Shown one piece after another: positions 30,815-41,392 of a DNA stretch of 64,000 nt. Location of the stretch: the NCBI GenBank assembly GCA_963765495.1, contig CAVXWP010000009.1, forward strand, positions 160,001 to 224,000, written 5' to 3'. Position 1 is the stretch's first letter; each line of letters begins with the position of its first letter. The notes under the pieces are model-generated. The model worked only from the letters and a program-made list of their open reading frames with translations. It made no database searches and had not been told where the DNA came from. The translations under genes and the position numbers were made by a program. The DNA comes from Blastocatellia bacterium. Lineage in GTDB: Bacteria; Acidobacteriota; Blastocatellia; UBA7656.

Positions 30815-31160
30815 TGAAATCCACGCCAAACGACTTGAGCTTATTGAACTCAACGAGCAGATCAGAGATTTGCGCGAAGATCAGAAGAAGATCGAGACAC
30901 AAGAGACTATAGAAGTCCTCTATGCAAAAGGTGACAACGACAAGCCGAGATACACCAACGACACACAGCGCGGCCTCGCACTCGATCAGGCATTAGGAGC
31001 AAACGGCACATATCAAGTTCAAAAGGTTGATCTGCAAAACCTCGAAAGGAAACGGGAAGAGTTAAACGCGGAAATCGAGCGCCTGCGTGATCTGTTCAAG
31101 ATCGAGAAGATAGAAAGATGGGAGGCAATCAGCGAGAAGATGGCAAACGCCGCAATCTGA
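30798..31160 (+). CDS. Coiled-coil phage protein
   Basis: GGAGG RBS; E/K/L-rich helices. Confidence 0.65.
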   Translation: MRNYPDEIHAKRLELIELNEQIRDLREDQKKIETQETIEVLYAKGDNDKPRYTNDTQRGLALDQALGANGTYQVQKVDLQNLERKREELNAEIERLRDLFKIEKIERWEAISEKMANAAI

Positions 31161-31281
31161 TTTGCGAGCCGCAGCCCTCAGAAGTGTTAAGGCCCGACTC
31201 GCAACCACCACGAAGCGAGCCGGGCCAGAACAACCAACATTCAGTTTTGAATGGAGCAACGATAACAGACGGAGGTGATAA

Positions 31282-31596
31282 ATGGCAACAGAACTCAACG
31301 ACGAGGGGCGGCTGTTTCAAATCTGCCCCAAATGCTCTAACGAGGTTGAAACGAACTCGACCGAAGTAGCGAGTTATATTCAGAAATACGGCTGCGATGA
31401 TTGCCGCCTCGACAACCCTGAAGATAAGAAACTGCTCAAGCCTCCACAGTTGATGATGGCCATCAGCATCACGAGGCGAAAACTCTACGACCTCGTACAC
31501 CGCCGGCGCATCCCGCATTACCGGATAGGTCGAGAACTACGCTTTGACTTGAATGAGGTGTTGAAGGCTATGAGGGATAACGCAGAGAACAACTGA
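31282..31596 (+). CDS. Excisionase-like HTH protein with N-terminal zinc ribbon
   Basis: CPKC..CDDC, then LLKPPQL..AISITRRKLYDLVHRRRIPHYRIGRELRFD. Confidence 0.8.
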   Translation: MATELNDEGRLFQICPKCSNEVETNSTEVASYIQKYGCDDCRLDNPEDKKLLKPPQLMMAISITRRKLYDLVHRRRIPHYRIGRELRFDLNEVLKAMRDNAENN

Positions 31597-31608
31597 CGGA
31601 GGTGCCGA

Positions 31609-31830
31609 GTGAAAGACCCTGAGACGAAAGAAGAGTGGCAGGATGCGGCCGATGCAGCGCATGCCTGCCTTTTGCTTCACGATGCGCGCTTGTATGGCCT
31701 CGTGATCGGCGGCCCGGAGGTCAACACGGATCGCTGCATTCAGATTCTCGAAGAAGCAAAAGCCCGACGGATCTACCCGAGGCCCGACTGCATAGAGCGT
31801 TTCATAGCAGAGTTGAATGCTGGACAGTGA
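31609..31830 (+). CDS. Hypothetical phage protein
   Basis: GGAGG RBS with GTG start; lies between xis and int. Confidence 0.6.
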   Translation: MKDPETKEEWQDAADAAHACLLLHDARLYGLVIGGPEVNTDRCIQILEEAKARRIYPRPDCIERFIAELNAGQ

Positions 31831-31896
31831 AGTCTAGCGAAACATATCATGCTCGCGCCCTGGTCGTGGCTGCGGCGAGGGAAAGGAACAGCCAAT

Positions 31897-33036
31897 ATGT
31901 CAGTGTACAAACGTACCTGGAAACAGAAGAACGGGAGTACTGCATCCTGCTGGTACTTCCACAGAACCATTGATGGCGTGCGGTATCGTGATCGCCTTCC
32001 AACGGCTCGCACCAAAGCGCAGGCCGAGGAAGCCGAGCGCCACATTCTTGCAGCGATCCATGACGGGAAATATACAGGAGGTTCAAAGACTCAAAAGACT
32101 CTGAAAGAGTTTGCCCATGAGGTGTATATCCCCTGGGCTAAAGAGAACAAGACCTCGTGGCGCGGTGACGCTTCGATGCTCAAGGTATTGGTTCGAATCC
32201 TTGGGAAAAAGAAGCTGACCGAAATAAGCCAGTTCGATGTAGAAAAGCTCAAGTCACACTTGCGAAAGACGCTCACCCGCAGAGAAACGCCGATGAGCGC
32301 CTCTTATGTCAACAAACATCTCAAGATGCTTTCGAAGATTTTCCGATTGGCGAAAGTGAAGAACAACCCTTGTGATGAAGTGAAACGACTTGGGGGCGAA
32401 ACAAAGCGCAAGCGGTGGCTCAGACCCGAGGAGAGAGAAAAGCTTCAGGAGGCGCTCCAGTCTCCGAGACGCGTTCTACTTGCTCAAGCCATAGAACTGG
32501 ACCTCAATACCGGCTTGCGTCGTGGCGAGCTTTTAAGCCTCAAACCTGATGACATAGATTTCCATCGAGGCTTGCTGATGGTCAGGGCAGGCAAGACAGG
32601 CGCGCGAGAAGTACCTATCAACACGCGCGCGCGCCTGATCTTATCTGACCTGGTTAGCCAGGCTTCAGCCTCGGGCTGGGAGTATCTGTTCACCAACCCA
32701 CGCACAGGAACCCGAATCAAGGACCTCAAGAAGTCATTCAAGAACGCATTGAAAGATGCAGGGATTGAGGATTTCACTTTCCACGATCTGCGCCATACCT
32801 TCGGGACAATAGCAGTAGATCGAGGAGCGCCGTTAACAGGCGTGCGCGATGCTTTAGGGCATACGACACTCGAAACGACTAATCGCTATGTACACGCGAC
32901 AGACGAAGGAAAGAGGCGCGCGGTCGAAGCGGCCGGAGAGCCTCAGAGGAGCGGAATAGTGAAAATGCCAGAGTCCGGTCACAAGGCGGTCACAAAGGAC
33001 CAAAAGCGAGAAAAGAAGGTAGCCTTAAATGGTTGA
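31897..33036 (+). CDS. Tyrosine recombinase / phage integrase
   Basis: TGLRRGEL, KTG, HDLRH, LGH and RY catalytic residues all present; N-terminal arm-binding-like domain. Confidence 0.95.
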   Translation: MSVYKRTWKQKNGSTASCWYFHRTIDGVRYRDRLPTARTKAQAEEAERHILAAIHDGKYTGGSKTQKTLKEFAHEVYIPWAKENKTSWRGDASMLKVLVRILGKKKLTEISQFDVEKLKSHLRKTLTRRETPMSASYVNKHLKMLSKIFRLAKVKNNPCDEVKRLGGETKRKRWLRPEEREKLQEALQSPRRVLLAQAIELDLNTGLRRGELLSLKPDDIDFHRGLLMVRAGKTGAREVPINTRARLILSDLVSQASASGWEYLFTNPRTGTRIKDLKKSFKNALKDAGIEDFTFHDLRHTFGTIAVDRGAPLTGVRDALGHTTLETTNRYVHATDEGKRRAVEAAGEPQRSGIVKMPESGHKAVTKDQKREKKVALNG

Positions 33037-33045
33037 AAAGAAAAG

Positions 33046-33118
33046 TACCCGCGGCAGGAATCGAACCTGCGACCTTTCGCTCCGGAGGCGAACGCTCTAT
33101 CCCCTGAGCTACGCGGGC
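33046..33118 (-). tRNA. tRNA-Arg(CCG)
   Basis: GCCCGCG acceptor stem, TAGCTCAG-GGATAGAGC D-arm, TTCGC-CTCCGGA-GCGAA anticodon arm, GGTTCGATTCC T-arm; CCA not encoded. Confidence 0.95.
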
Positions 33119-33173
33119 TTAAATCGAAAAAACAGCATACAGAGGATCAACTCCTATGTCAATTTTTTGCTCA

Positions 33174-34640
33174 TTAATGATCGCTTCCGTTTGCGCGCGG
33201 ATAACGTTGCAAGATGCCTTCTTCCTTCATCAATTTCTCAATTCCATTTACATCCATCGGCAGGAAATCTGTCACTATTTCTGCCCCGTCTTCCTTAATA
33301 ATAATTACATCCTCAAGACGTATGTAAATTTGCTCTTCGGGTACTCGTAGCGCAGGCTCTATGGTAAAGACCATCCCGGCGCGTAACGGCTCTCCATAAA
33401 CTCCTACATCGTGTGTGGCCATTCCTACCCAGTGGCCAAGCGAAGTCTTCGGATTCTTCGCCGAATCCTTGTATAAAGCTACGAATTGCCGGGCCGCATT
33501 TTCATAGGCGGGCTTTGAGAATTTCGAGCGAGCCAGAATCTGCTCCATCTCGCGGGCGGCTTCCTCCTTGATGACCGCAGGCGTGACATCTGGCCGGATG
33601 GCTTTGAGGATAGCCCTGTAACAGCCTTCGTAAAATTCGTACAACTCGCGCTGCCACGCGCTGAAACGCCCGTTGACCGGCCACATCCGTGTCACGTCAC
33701 TCATGTAATAGCCTACATCGGGGGCAAAATCCATCAGAAGAAATTCGCCCTCTTTCATAGTCCGTTTGCCAGAACTGTAATGCGGGTACCAGGCATTCGG
33801 CCCGCTCGCTATCAGCGAATAGTAGGCTTCACCCTGCGCGCCGTTGCGGTAGTAGACGAATTTCGCTACCCCGTCAAGCTCATACTCTTTCAATCCCGGT
33901 TCGGTCGAGCGCATAGCTTCCATTATTGCCAGGGACGACAGGTAGGTGGCCTTGCGGATGAGGGCGATTTCTCGCGGGCTCTTTATCAATCTGAGACTAT
34001 CGAGCGCAGGCGTGAAATCCCTGACCTCGAACTGCGGAAACCTTGTGCGCAGCAGTTCGGCAAAATGGCCTTCGCGTGAGGGGCTCCCATCCCACGGGTC
34101 AGAGGCCGCATCGGCAACCGCCCGGACGGCGCTATCGCGGCTTGTGGCGAATCCTTCGGCAGGGCTGAACGGCGTGTAGAGCGTGCGCGCCGCCTGGCTT
34201 CTGGCGTACCTGCCGAGATGCTCACCCAGTTGATCGGTCGAAGAGACCGCGTCTACGCCACTGAGCTTGATTATTAGTTCAGCGTCTTCGGCCGACAGCG
34301 TCTTGCCCTCGTTTCGCTCTCGCCCTTCGTTGCGATGGGGCAGATAGAGAGTCGCCCGGCGCTGCGCGCCATCCAGAAGCAGGTAAGCGTGAGGCACCTC
34401 GATCCCGCACAAATAATAGAATTCATTTGACTGGCGAAAGCGGACATACCCGACGGGGCTGGACGCTCCCTGTATGACGGCAAGCCCCGACTCTCCGAGC
34501 GCGTCATAGGCTTTGGCTCGCCGCGCGGCAAACTCTTCGGGCGGAAAATCGGGCGTAAATATCGGGATGCCTTCCTGCGCGAGAATTGGCGCTGAACCAG
34601 ATATGAGCAAGAAAACTGCCAGCAAGCTTCTTTTGAACAT
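33174..34640 (-). CDS. Xaa-Pro aminopeptidase (M24B), exported
   Basis: LRLIKS..E, SDVTR, GHWVGM.THD, TIEP and IRLED motifs. Confidence 0.92.
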   Translation of the reverse strand: MFKRSLLAVFLLISGSAPILAQEGIPIFTPDFPPEEFAARRAKAYDALGESGLAVIQGASSPVGYVRFRQSNEFYYLCGIEVPHAYLLLDGAQRRATLYLPHRNEGRERNEGKTLSAEDAELIIKLSGVDAVSSTDQLGEHLGRYARSQAARTLYTPFSPAEGFATSRDSAVRAVADAASDPWDGSPSREGHFAELLRTRFPQFEVRDFTPALDSLRLIKSPREIALIRKATYLSSLAIMEAMRSTEPGLKEYELDGVAKFVYYRNGAQGEAYYSLIASGPNAWYPHYSSGKRTMKEGEFLLMDFAPDVGYYMSDVTRMWPVNGRFSAWQRELYEFYEGCYRAILKAIRPDVTPAVIKEEAAREMEQILARSKFSKPAYENAARQFVALYKDSAKNPKTSLGHWVGMATHDVGVYGEPLRAGMVFTIEPALRVPEEQIYIRLEDVIIIKEDGAEIVTDFLPMDVNGIEKLMKEEGILQRYPRANGSDH

Positions 34641-34966
34641 AGCAAGCTCTCCTCGAATCTATTTTCGATTATCCATTCCACTGATCGGTGATTTTTTGGT
34701 AGCCTCATACTACTTGGAATGTCAAAAGAAGAAAAGCCGCAAAAATCTTTAATTGCATCTTTATTTGCCGGGGTCAGTAAATTTCCGGGAAATTCTTTCA
34801 TCGAGCAATCAGTGGGTTCATGCGATCTCAGCAGGTCAATTCGAGAATTACACGGCCCTGCCTCTCCGCCCTTCATGCTCTTGAGAAAGGCGTCTCACTT
34901 GAGCGGCGCGCGGTAATGTTATATAAATCAGACCGCCGGAGACTGAGCGGGGCGGAGGTCCAAACA

Positions 34967-36121
34967 ATGAGATTTTTCTTCTTCCATCTGATGTCGTGGC
35001 CATACCTGCCGGATGATTTTGAAAAGCATTACGATTCGGCCTGGATATGGTGTCCGAATACTCTTTTCGACCCGGAAAAAGGCAGCCGTCTTTACAACGA
35101 ATATCTCGACACGCTGATCTATGCAGAAGAGATTGGGTTTGACGGCGTCTGTGTAAACGAACATCATCAGAACGCCTACGGGCTGATGCCGTCGCCAAAT
35201 TTAATGGCGGCGATACTGGCGCGTCAAACCAGCCGGGTCAAGATCGCGGTCATCGGCAACGCCCTGCCGCTTTACAATCCGCCCACTCGCGTGGCGGAAG
35301 AATTTGCGATGATAGATTGCATATCGGGAGGCCGGTTGATCGCGGGTCTCGTCGTAGGCGGAGGGCCGGAATACTTCTCTTCGGGCATCAATCCCACGTA
35401 CGCTCGCGAGATGTTCAGAGAGGCCCACGACCTCATAATTCGAGCCTGGACCGAGCCCGGGCCTTTTCGCTTCTTTTCAAAGCATTACAAACTGAACTAT
35501 GTAAACCCGTGGCCGCTGCCAGTGCAGAAACCGTATCCGCCCGTCTGGATTCCGGGTGTCGGCTCGCTTGAGACCATGGAGTTTGTGGCCAATCGCCGGT
35601 ACTCATACATGGGAATTCCCTATTTCCACATAGATGTATTCAAGCGCACATTCGACATGTTCCGCCAGGCGTGCCTGCGCGAAGGGTATGAGCCTGAGCC
35701 CGAGCAGATGGGGTGGGCAGTGCCTATCTATGTAGCCGAAACCGATGAAGAGGCGCGAAGGGAATTTGAGCCGAGCCTGTGGTATTTCGCAAAGAAGCTA
35801 TTGCTTGGCATCGGCATTACGCCGCCCGGTTACACTTCGGTGAAATCGGCCATGTCCATCATCAAGAATCAGGACAAGTTCCTGGCATCGGTGGAGACGT
35901 GGGATCAGATCGAGAAGGGCGTCTATGCCATAGTAGGAAGCCCGGCCACGGTGCGCGACAAGTTGATTCATTATCAAAAAGAGTTGGGCGTAGGAAACAT
36001 ACTGACCGGTATGCAGGTGGGGGCGGTTACGCACGAACAGGCTCGCCGGAGCATGAAATTATTTGCTGACGAGGTAATGCCTTATGTTAGACAAGCTCAA
36101 GAAGCTCCAGTACGGGCTTAA
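34967..36121 (+). CDS. Luciferase-like (LLM) flavin-dependent monooxygenase
   Basis: GFDGVCVNEHH, PTRVAEEFAMID.ISGGRL, P.P.QKPYPPVW; ATG 34967 with GGAGG RBS. Confidence 0.9.
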   Translation: MRFFFFHLMSWPYLPDDFEKHYDSAWIWCPNTLFDPEKGSRLYNEYLDTLIYAEEIGFDGVCVNEHHQNAYGLMPSPNLMAAILARQTSRVKIAVIGNALPLYNPPTRVAEEFAMIDCISGGRLIAGLVVGGGPEYFSSGINPTYAREMFREAHDLIIRAWTEPGPFRFFSKHYKLNYVNPWPLPVQKPYPPVWIPGVGSLETMEFVANRRYSYMGIPYFHIDVFKRTFDMFRQACLREGYEPEPEQMGWAVPIYVAETDEEARREFEPSLWYFAKKLLLGIGITPPGYTSVKSAMSIIKNQDKFLASVETWDQIEKGVYAIVGSPATVRDKLIHYQKELGVGNILTGMQVGAVTHEQARRSMKLFADEVMPYVRQAQEAPVRA

Positions 36122-36923
36122 GGTCAAGTGGTATCAGGCGACCGAAGATCACAGGCGAATTCTCGATCTCAACGGGCGCAAGGTCCAGATAATGGAAGGC
36201 GGCGAAGGCGAGCCGTTGCTCTATCTTCATTCGGCCTACGGCGAAAATCTCTGGCTGCCTTTTCATCAAAAGCTCGCTGAAAAATACCACGTCATAGCGC
36301 CCGCGCATCCGGGTTTTGCTCAGACCGAGGGACTCGACGAAATAGATTCGATGGAAGACATGGTCTTTCATTACCTTGACCTGCTCGATTATTTCGGCCA
36401 CGAGAAGATAAATATTGCGGGCGTATCGCTCGGAGGCTGGATAGCCGCCGAATTTGCCACCCGCTACCCGGAAAGGGTCAAACGGCTTGTGCTTGCCACG
36501 CCCGCCGGGCTCTGGCTCGACGCGCATCCGGTGGCCGATATTTTCGCAATGATGAGATTTCCCGATAAACTGCGCGAGGTAAATTTTCATGATCCGAATT
36601 CTTATCTGGCCCAGATGCTGTTTCCGGCTGAGACCAGCGAAGAGAACATGGCCGAAGCCTTCAAGGCCATGACGGCTACGGCGCGGCTGGCCTGGAATCC
36701 GCCCGGCCATAATCCGAAGCTTGCCGGAAGGCTTCGGCGCATCAAGTCTCCTACGCTGATAATCTGGGGCGACGATGACAAACTGATTCCCACACCCTAT
36801 GCCGAAGAGTGGAGCGGCCTCATCAAGGACTCTCGCGTTGTAAAGATAAAGGATTGTGGTCACATGCTGATGTTCGAGGGCGAAGAGGACTTCGTTCGAG
36901 CTACAACCGATTTTCTCGGTTGA
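36084..36923 (+). CDS. Alpha/beta hydrolase
   Basis: HPGF, GVSLGG, WGDDD and CGH motifs. Confidence 0.9.
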   Translation: MLDKLKKLQYGLKVKWYQATEDHRRILDLNGRKVQIMEGGEGEPLLYLHSAYGENLWLPFHQKLAEKYHVIAPAHPGFAQTEGLDEIDSMEDMVFHYLDLLDYFGHEKINIAGVSLGGWIAAEFATRYPERVKRLVLATPAGLWLDAHPVADIFAMMRFPDKLREVNFHDPNSYLAQMLFPAETSEENMAEAFKAMTATARLAWNPPGHNPKLAGRLRRIKSPTLIIWGDDDKLIPTPYAEEWSGLIKDSRVVKIKDCGHMLMFEGEEDFVRATTDFLG

Positions 36924-36958
36924 ACAAACCAGGAGTTGAATAAAACAGAGGAGGAGAT

Positions 36959-37396
36959 ATGCTAAAAGTTGGAGAAGAGGCGCCGGATTTCACCGTAAAG
37001 GCGCATACCGGCGAAGACGTAACTTTGAGCGATCTGCGAGGCCGCACGGTCGTCTTATGGTTTTACCCAAAGGCCGATACACCCGGCTGAACGGCCGAAG
37101 GCATTGGATTCCGTGATCGAATCCAGGAATACGCCGCCCGAAACGTCGAAGTGTTTGGTGTAAGCTTCGACACCGTAGAAGAAAACCGCGCCTTTGCCGA
37201 GAAGTTCGACTTTCCCTTCCTGTTGCTTTGCGATATAGAAAGAAAAATAGGCATGGCATACGGAGCCTGTGATGATCCATCTGCCGGGTACGCGCGCCGC
37301 ATAAGCTATGTGATAGACCCGGAAGGACGCATCGCTCAGGCAATAGAAGAGGTAAATGCCCGCGAGCATCCCCGAGAGTTGCTCGAAACGCTTTAG
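36959..37396 (+). CDS. bcp: BCP/PrxQ peroxiredoxin with in-frame UGA (selenocysteine) at the peroxidatic site
   Basis: MLKVGEEAPDF...WFYPKADTPG-TGA(37088)-TAEG..FRD...VFGVSFD; GAGGAGG RBS; ORF track shows only the 3' half. Confidence 0.8.
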
Positions 37397-37412
37397 TAGT
37401 TATAAGGATAAT

Positions 37413-37484
37413 TAGACAGGGTTAACAGGGTTTTAATTCTCTTTCAGAATCCCGTTAATCTTGTAAATCCTGTTAATCCTGTCT
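37413..37484. repeat. Inverted pair of tandem 9-mers (TTAACAGGA-type)
   Basis: AGACAGGGTTAACAGG...CCTGTTAATCCTGTCT between convergent genes. Confidence 0.7.
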
Positions 37485-37498
37485 ATTTTTTTCAACCT

Positions 37499-40400
37499 CT
37501 ATTGATCGTCGCCGTTGGCCGATTCCGGCTTTTCTTCCGAAGACGGAAGCCGCCCGGCGTCGAGATGATTGTAATTCAGCGCGGCGTTGAAGAGCAGAAA
37601 GAATGCTCCCTGAGTCTGATGCCGCCACATGGGATTGGTAGCAAACATAACGACGTGGCCTTCGCCTACGGGTACGTCAACGACTGCCGGTTTGCCGGCC
37701 AGTTCTTTCCCGCCCGCGAGCATCCCACTCACAAGCAATTTCTTTTCATCAGAGACGAACCTGAGCACGATGCGCGGCCTCATATTCAGCGGCGGAATCA
37801 GCGGCCCAAGCATCTCGCGCATCTCATCGGAGATTCCCGCTTCGCCCGGTTTTGCGGGCTCGCGCTTTGGCGGCGGTCCCGCCTGCGGCATCCCCTGAAC
37901 TATGTCGGGGTCTGTAAGCCCTCCGCGACCCGAAGGCCGCCCGCCTGAATTGCCACCGCCTCCGCCTCCGCCAAAGCCGCCCGGTAACGCGCTGACCTGA
38001 AGCAAAGGCCCCTGATTGAAATAGATCTGAAGCGAGTCGTCGTAGCCGTAAGCAATCGGGCTCTTGAGATCGGCAAAAGTAGCGTTGTAAACCGACCCGC
38101 GCGCGTTTAACTCTTTCGCATCCTGAACCGTCACGCCGGTCGTTATCCCGTAATCAATCGGCAATTGCGCGATGGTTGTTATGGGGATAAACAACCCGCC
38201 TTTTTCGATGAATTCCTGTAGATGGACCATGCCGCGCAGTTCTATGCCGCCGCGCATGTCGGATGTTTGATCTGGCGAAAACCCAAAGTTCGGCGTAAGG
38301 GCGGACAACTGCCACGGTATGGGGTCGCCGCGCTTCGGCGTTCCGTTTACGATTGACTGGGCCGAGCCTCCAACGGGCGGGAAGATGATCACATCATACT
38401 TGTCTCTGAGGTTTGGCGTATCGCGCAATGCGTGGACCGAGATGTACGAATAAGGTATCTGCAATCGGTCGAATTCGATTCTAAACCAGCCTTCGTTTTG
38501 AGTGTTTGTCCACGTGTGAACTATCGCTATGCGCGGCACCGCCAGATCGTGGCTTTTAACTTCGGGCATGCGTTCGACAGCCACCGCCGCAATCCCGAGC
38601 TCTGTTACCGCCTCTTCCAACCGCTTGCGAAGATCGGCGCTGTTGCCTTCGCTTTTGATGAGAAAAGAGCCCCGGCTGAATTCCTGGTTGCCGATCTTGA
38701 ATGATTCTTCGGCGGCGCTCATCTTCACATCCTTTAGTCGGAACCGCAGGGTCGCCAGCGTGTTGTCCGTATTGTGATTGATCACATATCCCGCGGGCGA
38801 AGCCGCGCCCGTGATTCGCCCCTTGACCGTTGCGTCGCCTGAAAGCAGGACCATCGGAACGCCCAGAACGCTTTGATCTGTCACGCGAACCGTCTTGACG
38901 TTTCGAAGCGCGCCGAGCGTCCAGCCGGTATCGTCATAGGGCCGGGGGTCTTCCACGTTGTAATACTGCGTATCCATCATCATATCGGCCATCCGCGAAT
39001 AAGGCTGATCCATGCGGATGATGTAAGACCCGGACGGGTATTTCTGATCCTTTATGGAGAACTCTTTCGTCGCCGTATGTATCTCTACACCCATCAAGCG
39101 GAGCAGATTTACCATATCGGCGGCCTCAACCGGGCGAGCGGTGTCGCCGGGGATGACATAAGCCGCCGGGCCTTCATTGGCCGCCTTGGCGATGGCGCGT
39201 TTGCTCTTGAGATAAAAATTGTTCAGGAACCGCTCCCGGTTGTTCGCCACGAAATTCATCGCAAACAATAGAGCCGACTCCTGCATGTTTATGTTGTTGC
39301 GCATTGACCATTTCACGCGGGCAAGCGGCGGGTTTGGCCTGAACCAGTCGCGACTGGATTGCCCGGTCACGGTGCGGTCGCGCGTGTCTGCGCCGCCGTT
39401 GCCGAATGTCTCGTAGAAACGGCCTATCGAGTTGTGACCGTTGGCTACGTAAAACATGTAGTTCGGTGCCCAGCCGTCATAAAATCCGTGGGTCCACACG
39501 CCGGGCACGCCGCGCTTTGTCATCTCTTCGATCTCGTGATAGGCGAGCAGGTGCCATTCGTCAATTACTATGGGATCGAGCCACGCATTGTATGGCCCCG
39601 TGCCTGTAGAGGTGTAGAGGAACGGGACCGATTCGTGCAGGTCGTGAAGCACCTGCGGATGGTATTCAAGAAATGTCTTCATCATGTTGCGCGTCAGCGC
39701 AAGCGCCATCCCGAGGCCGTCGCGGTTGTTGTCGTGCGCTACGTATTTGCCCCAGTAGAGCAGAGGCGGTGTGGCTTTGCCGGGGTTTGCCTTGCGATAG
39801 TCGTACAGATCAACCATGCGGTCGTGTCCGTCAACTTCGAGCGCCGGGGTTATCATAATAATAACGTTTTTTCGGATGGCTTCGATGAAGGGGCTGTCGG
39901 ATACGGCGAGGCGATAGGCAAGCTCCATGAGCATTTCCGGCGAGCCCGTTTCAGGCGAATGGATAGAGCCTGATGCCCAGTAGAGTACCTTCCCTTCTCC
40001 CATCATCTGTTGCGCTTCGGCCTCGCTCAGACGGCGGGGGTCGGCAAGCCTTCCCGTAATCTGTTTGTACCTTTCGAGCTTTGCGATGTTGTCGGCGTCA
40101 CTCACGACGACAAGCATCTGCTCTTTCCCTTCTTCGGTTCGCTCAGGAGATGTGAATACGCGCACGCGCGGAGTCGCTTTTTCAAGCTCCAGGTAATAGC
40201 GGTACATGTCCTTGGTATAGGTCAGCTTGTTGGGCGCGCCTATGACATACCCAAGCGCCTTTTCCGGCGTAGGCACCTTGTCGGATGCGGGCAGATGGTC
40301 AACCAGTTCGGTGAGAAAATATTTTTCGGTCGTGTATTCTTTGATCTTCGCCGAATACCCTTCATCAATGCGCGACGGGGAAGAAGACTGGCTCTTTGCC

Positions 40401-40525
40401 TTCTTCTGCGGACCGGGCAGAGCTACAGCCCCGTTTACGGTCCCGGCCAAAGGGGCTAGCCAGATTGCGCAAAGGGTGATGAGCGCGCACATTTGCCTGA
40501 TCGCGAGCAAGCGTCCTCGGTTCAT
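37499..40525 (-). CDS. Secreted M14 zinc carboxypeptidase-family protein
   Basis: IHSPE (HxxE), HDNNRD and HDLHE motifs; GGAGG RBS before ATG 40525. Confidence 0.88.
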   Translation of the reverse strand: MNRGRLLAIRQMCALITLCAIWLAPLAGTVNGAVALPGPQKKAKSQSSSPSRIDEGYSAKIKEYTTEKYFLTELVDHLPASDKVPTPEKALGYVIGAPNKLTYTKDMYRYYLELEKATPRVRVFTSPERTEEGKEQMLVVVSDADNIAKLERYKQITGRLADPRRLSEAEAQQMMGEGKVLYWASGSIHSPETGSPEMLMELAYRLAVSDSPFIEAIRKNVIIMITPALEVDGHDRMVDLYDYRKANPGKATPPLLYWGKYVAHDNNRDGLGMALALTRNMMKTFLEYHPQVLHDLHESVPFLYTSTGTGPYNAWLDPIVIDEWHLLAYHEIEEMTKRGVPGVWTHGFYDGWAPNYMFYVANGHNSIGRFYETFGNGGADTRDRTVTGQSSRDWFRPNPPLARVKWSMRNNINMQESALLFAMNFVANNRERFLNNFYLKSKRAIAKAANEGPAAYVIPGDTARPVEAADMVNLLRLMGVEIHTATKEFSIKDQKYPSGSYIIRMDQPYSRMADMMMDTQYYNVEDPRPYDDTGWTLGALRNVKTVRVTDQSVLGVPMVLLSGDATVKGRITGAASPAGYVINHNTDNTLATLRFRLKDVKMSAAEESFKIGNQEFSRGSFLIKSEGNSADLRKRLEEAVTELGIAAVAVERMPEVKSHDLAVPRIAIVHTWTNTQNEGWFRIEFDRLQIPYSYISVHALRDTPNLRDKYDVIIFPPVGGSAQSIVNGTPKRGDPIPWQLSALTPNFGFSPDQTSDMRGGIELRGMVHLQEFIEKGGLFIPITTIAQLPIDYGITTGVTVQDAKELNARGSVYNATFADLKSPIAYGYDDSLQIYFNQGPLLQVSALPGGFGGGGGGGNSGGRPSGRGGLTDPDIVQGMPQAGPPPKREPAKPGEAGISDEMREMLGPLIPPLNMRPRIVLRFVSDEKKLLVSGMLAGGKELAGKPAVVDVPVGEGHVVMFATNPMWRHQTQGAFFLLFNAALNYNHLDAGRLPSSEEKPESANGDDQ

Positions 40526-40846
40526 GTTTTCCTCCATCAGATAAATTTTTAATGACTGGAATCGAAGTATAATCAAGAATCAAGCCGGGATAAATACGAT
40601 TTACGAGAATGGTAATTGAGCTTTGATGCGCAAGTTTAACGAGTTCATCCCTGTTTGAAACCCGAAGAAGTTGGCGAGGCGCGTTCGCGTCCGCGCCAGT
40701 GGAAGCACGGACACGAACTCGCCCGCCTGCCTTTTAAGACTCCAATCAATTCCACTTGGTTACAACTTTTTCGAGAATTATTAAACAGAAAAATATGCAA
40801 AATCTTGTTTGAACCGCGACTGTCTCACTCCATAGCCATCCGCTTT

Positions 40847-40901
40847 TCTTTGCGACTTTGCGGCTTTTCGTGATCTGTTGGTCGCAAAGCCGCAAAGCAC
40901 G
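40847..40901. repeat. CTTTGCG/CGCAAAG tandem inverted repeat
   Basis: CTTTGCGACTTTGCGGC...GTCGCAAAGCCGCAAAG; related to the copies at 48057 and 59474. Confidence 0.65.
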
Positions 40902-40971
40902 CCCGCCTACACTATGAATTTCCAGAGAATCAATGGCCCTGATGAGACGCTGAGCGGCTTATTAACTTTTA

Positions 40972-41001
40972 TTGACAGCCAGAGCGTATCTTGTGTACTC
41001 T
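40972..41001 (+). promoter_or_regulatory. sigma70-type promoter with a long leader
   Basis: TTGACA-N18-TACTCT, about 140 nt upstream of ATG 41143. Confidence 0.55.
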
Positions 41002-41142
41002 ATGCAGGTTGGAGATGATTCGATTTGAGCGAAGTTGCTGAATTGATTCTCTTGACTGGTCTGCGTCTTCGTTTTTTTTCGCCGCATCCCAGTATGGAAA
41101 ATTCAGTGGTGAAATTTTGATTGATCCGAGGAGACGGGGAAA

Positions 41143-41370
41143 ATGGAAGATAAGACCCTTGAGTGCGCAGATTGCAGTCAGCCATTTACTTTTTCGGCGG
41201 GCGAACAACAGTTTTATCAAGAGCGGGGTATGAGCGAGCCTAAACGCTGCAAACCCTGTCGTGAAGCGCGTAAGGCCCAGCGAGGCGGCGGCGGTGGTCG
41301 CGGACCTCGCAGAGGCAGCGGCGGCGGCGATGCCGGCGGCGGACGTGGCGGATCATACAATCGCTGGTAA
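41143..41370 (+). CDS. Zinc-ribbon protein (zf-trcl type) with RGG tail
   Basis: DKTLECADC..PFTFSAGEQQFY.ERG..EPKRCKPCR followed by a Gly/Arg tail. Confidence 0.85.
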   Translation: MEDKTLECADCSQPFTFSAGEQQFYQERGMSEPKRCKPCREARKAQRGGGGGRGPRRGSGGGDAGGGRGGSYNRW

Positions 41371-41392
41371 TAAATTTTTATGGAGGATTTGA

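Noticed and set aside
37151-37396. 81-aa ORF from the track as a stand-alone gene
   Set aside because: It is the 3' half of the UGA-containing peroxiredoxin starting at 36959
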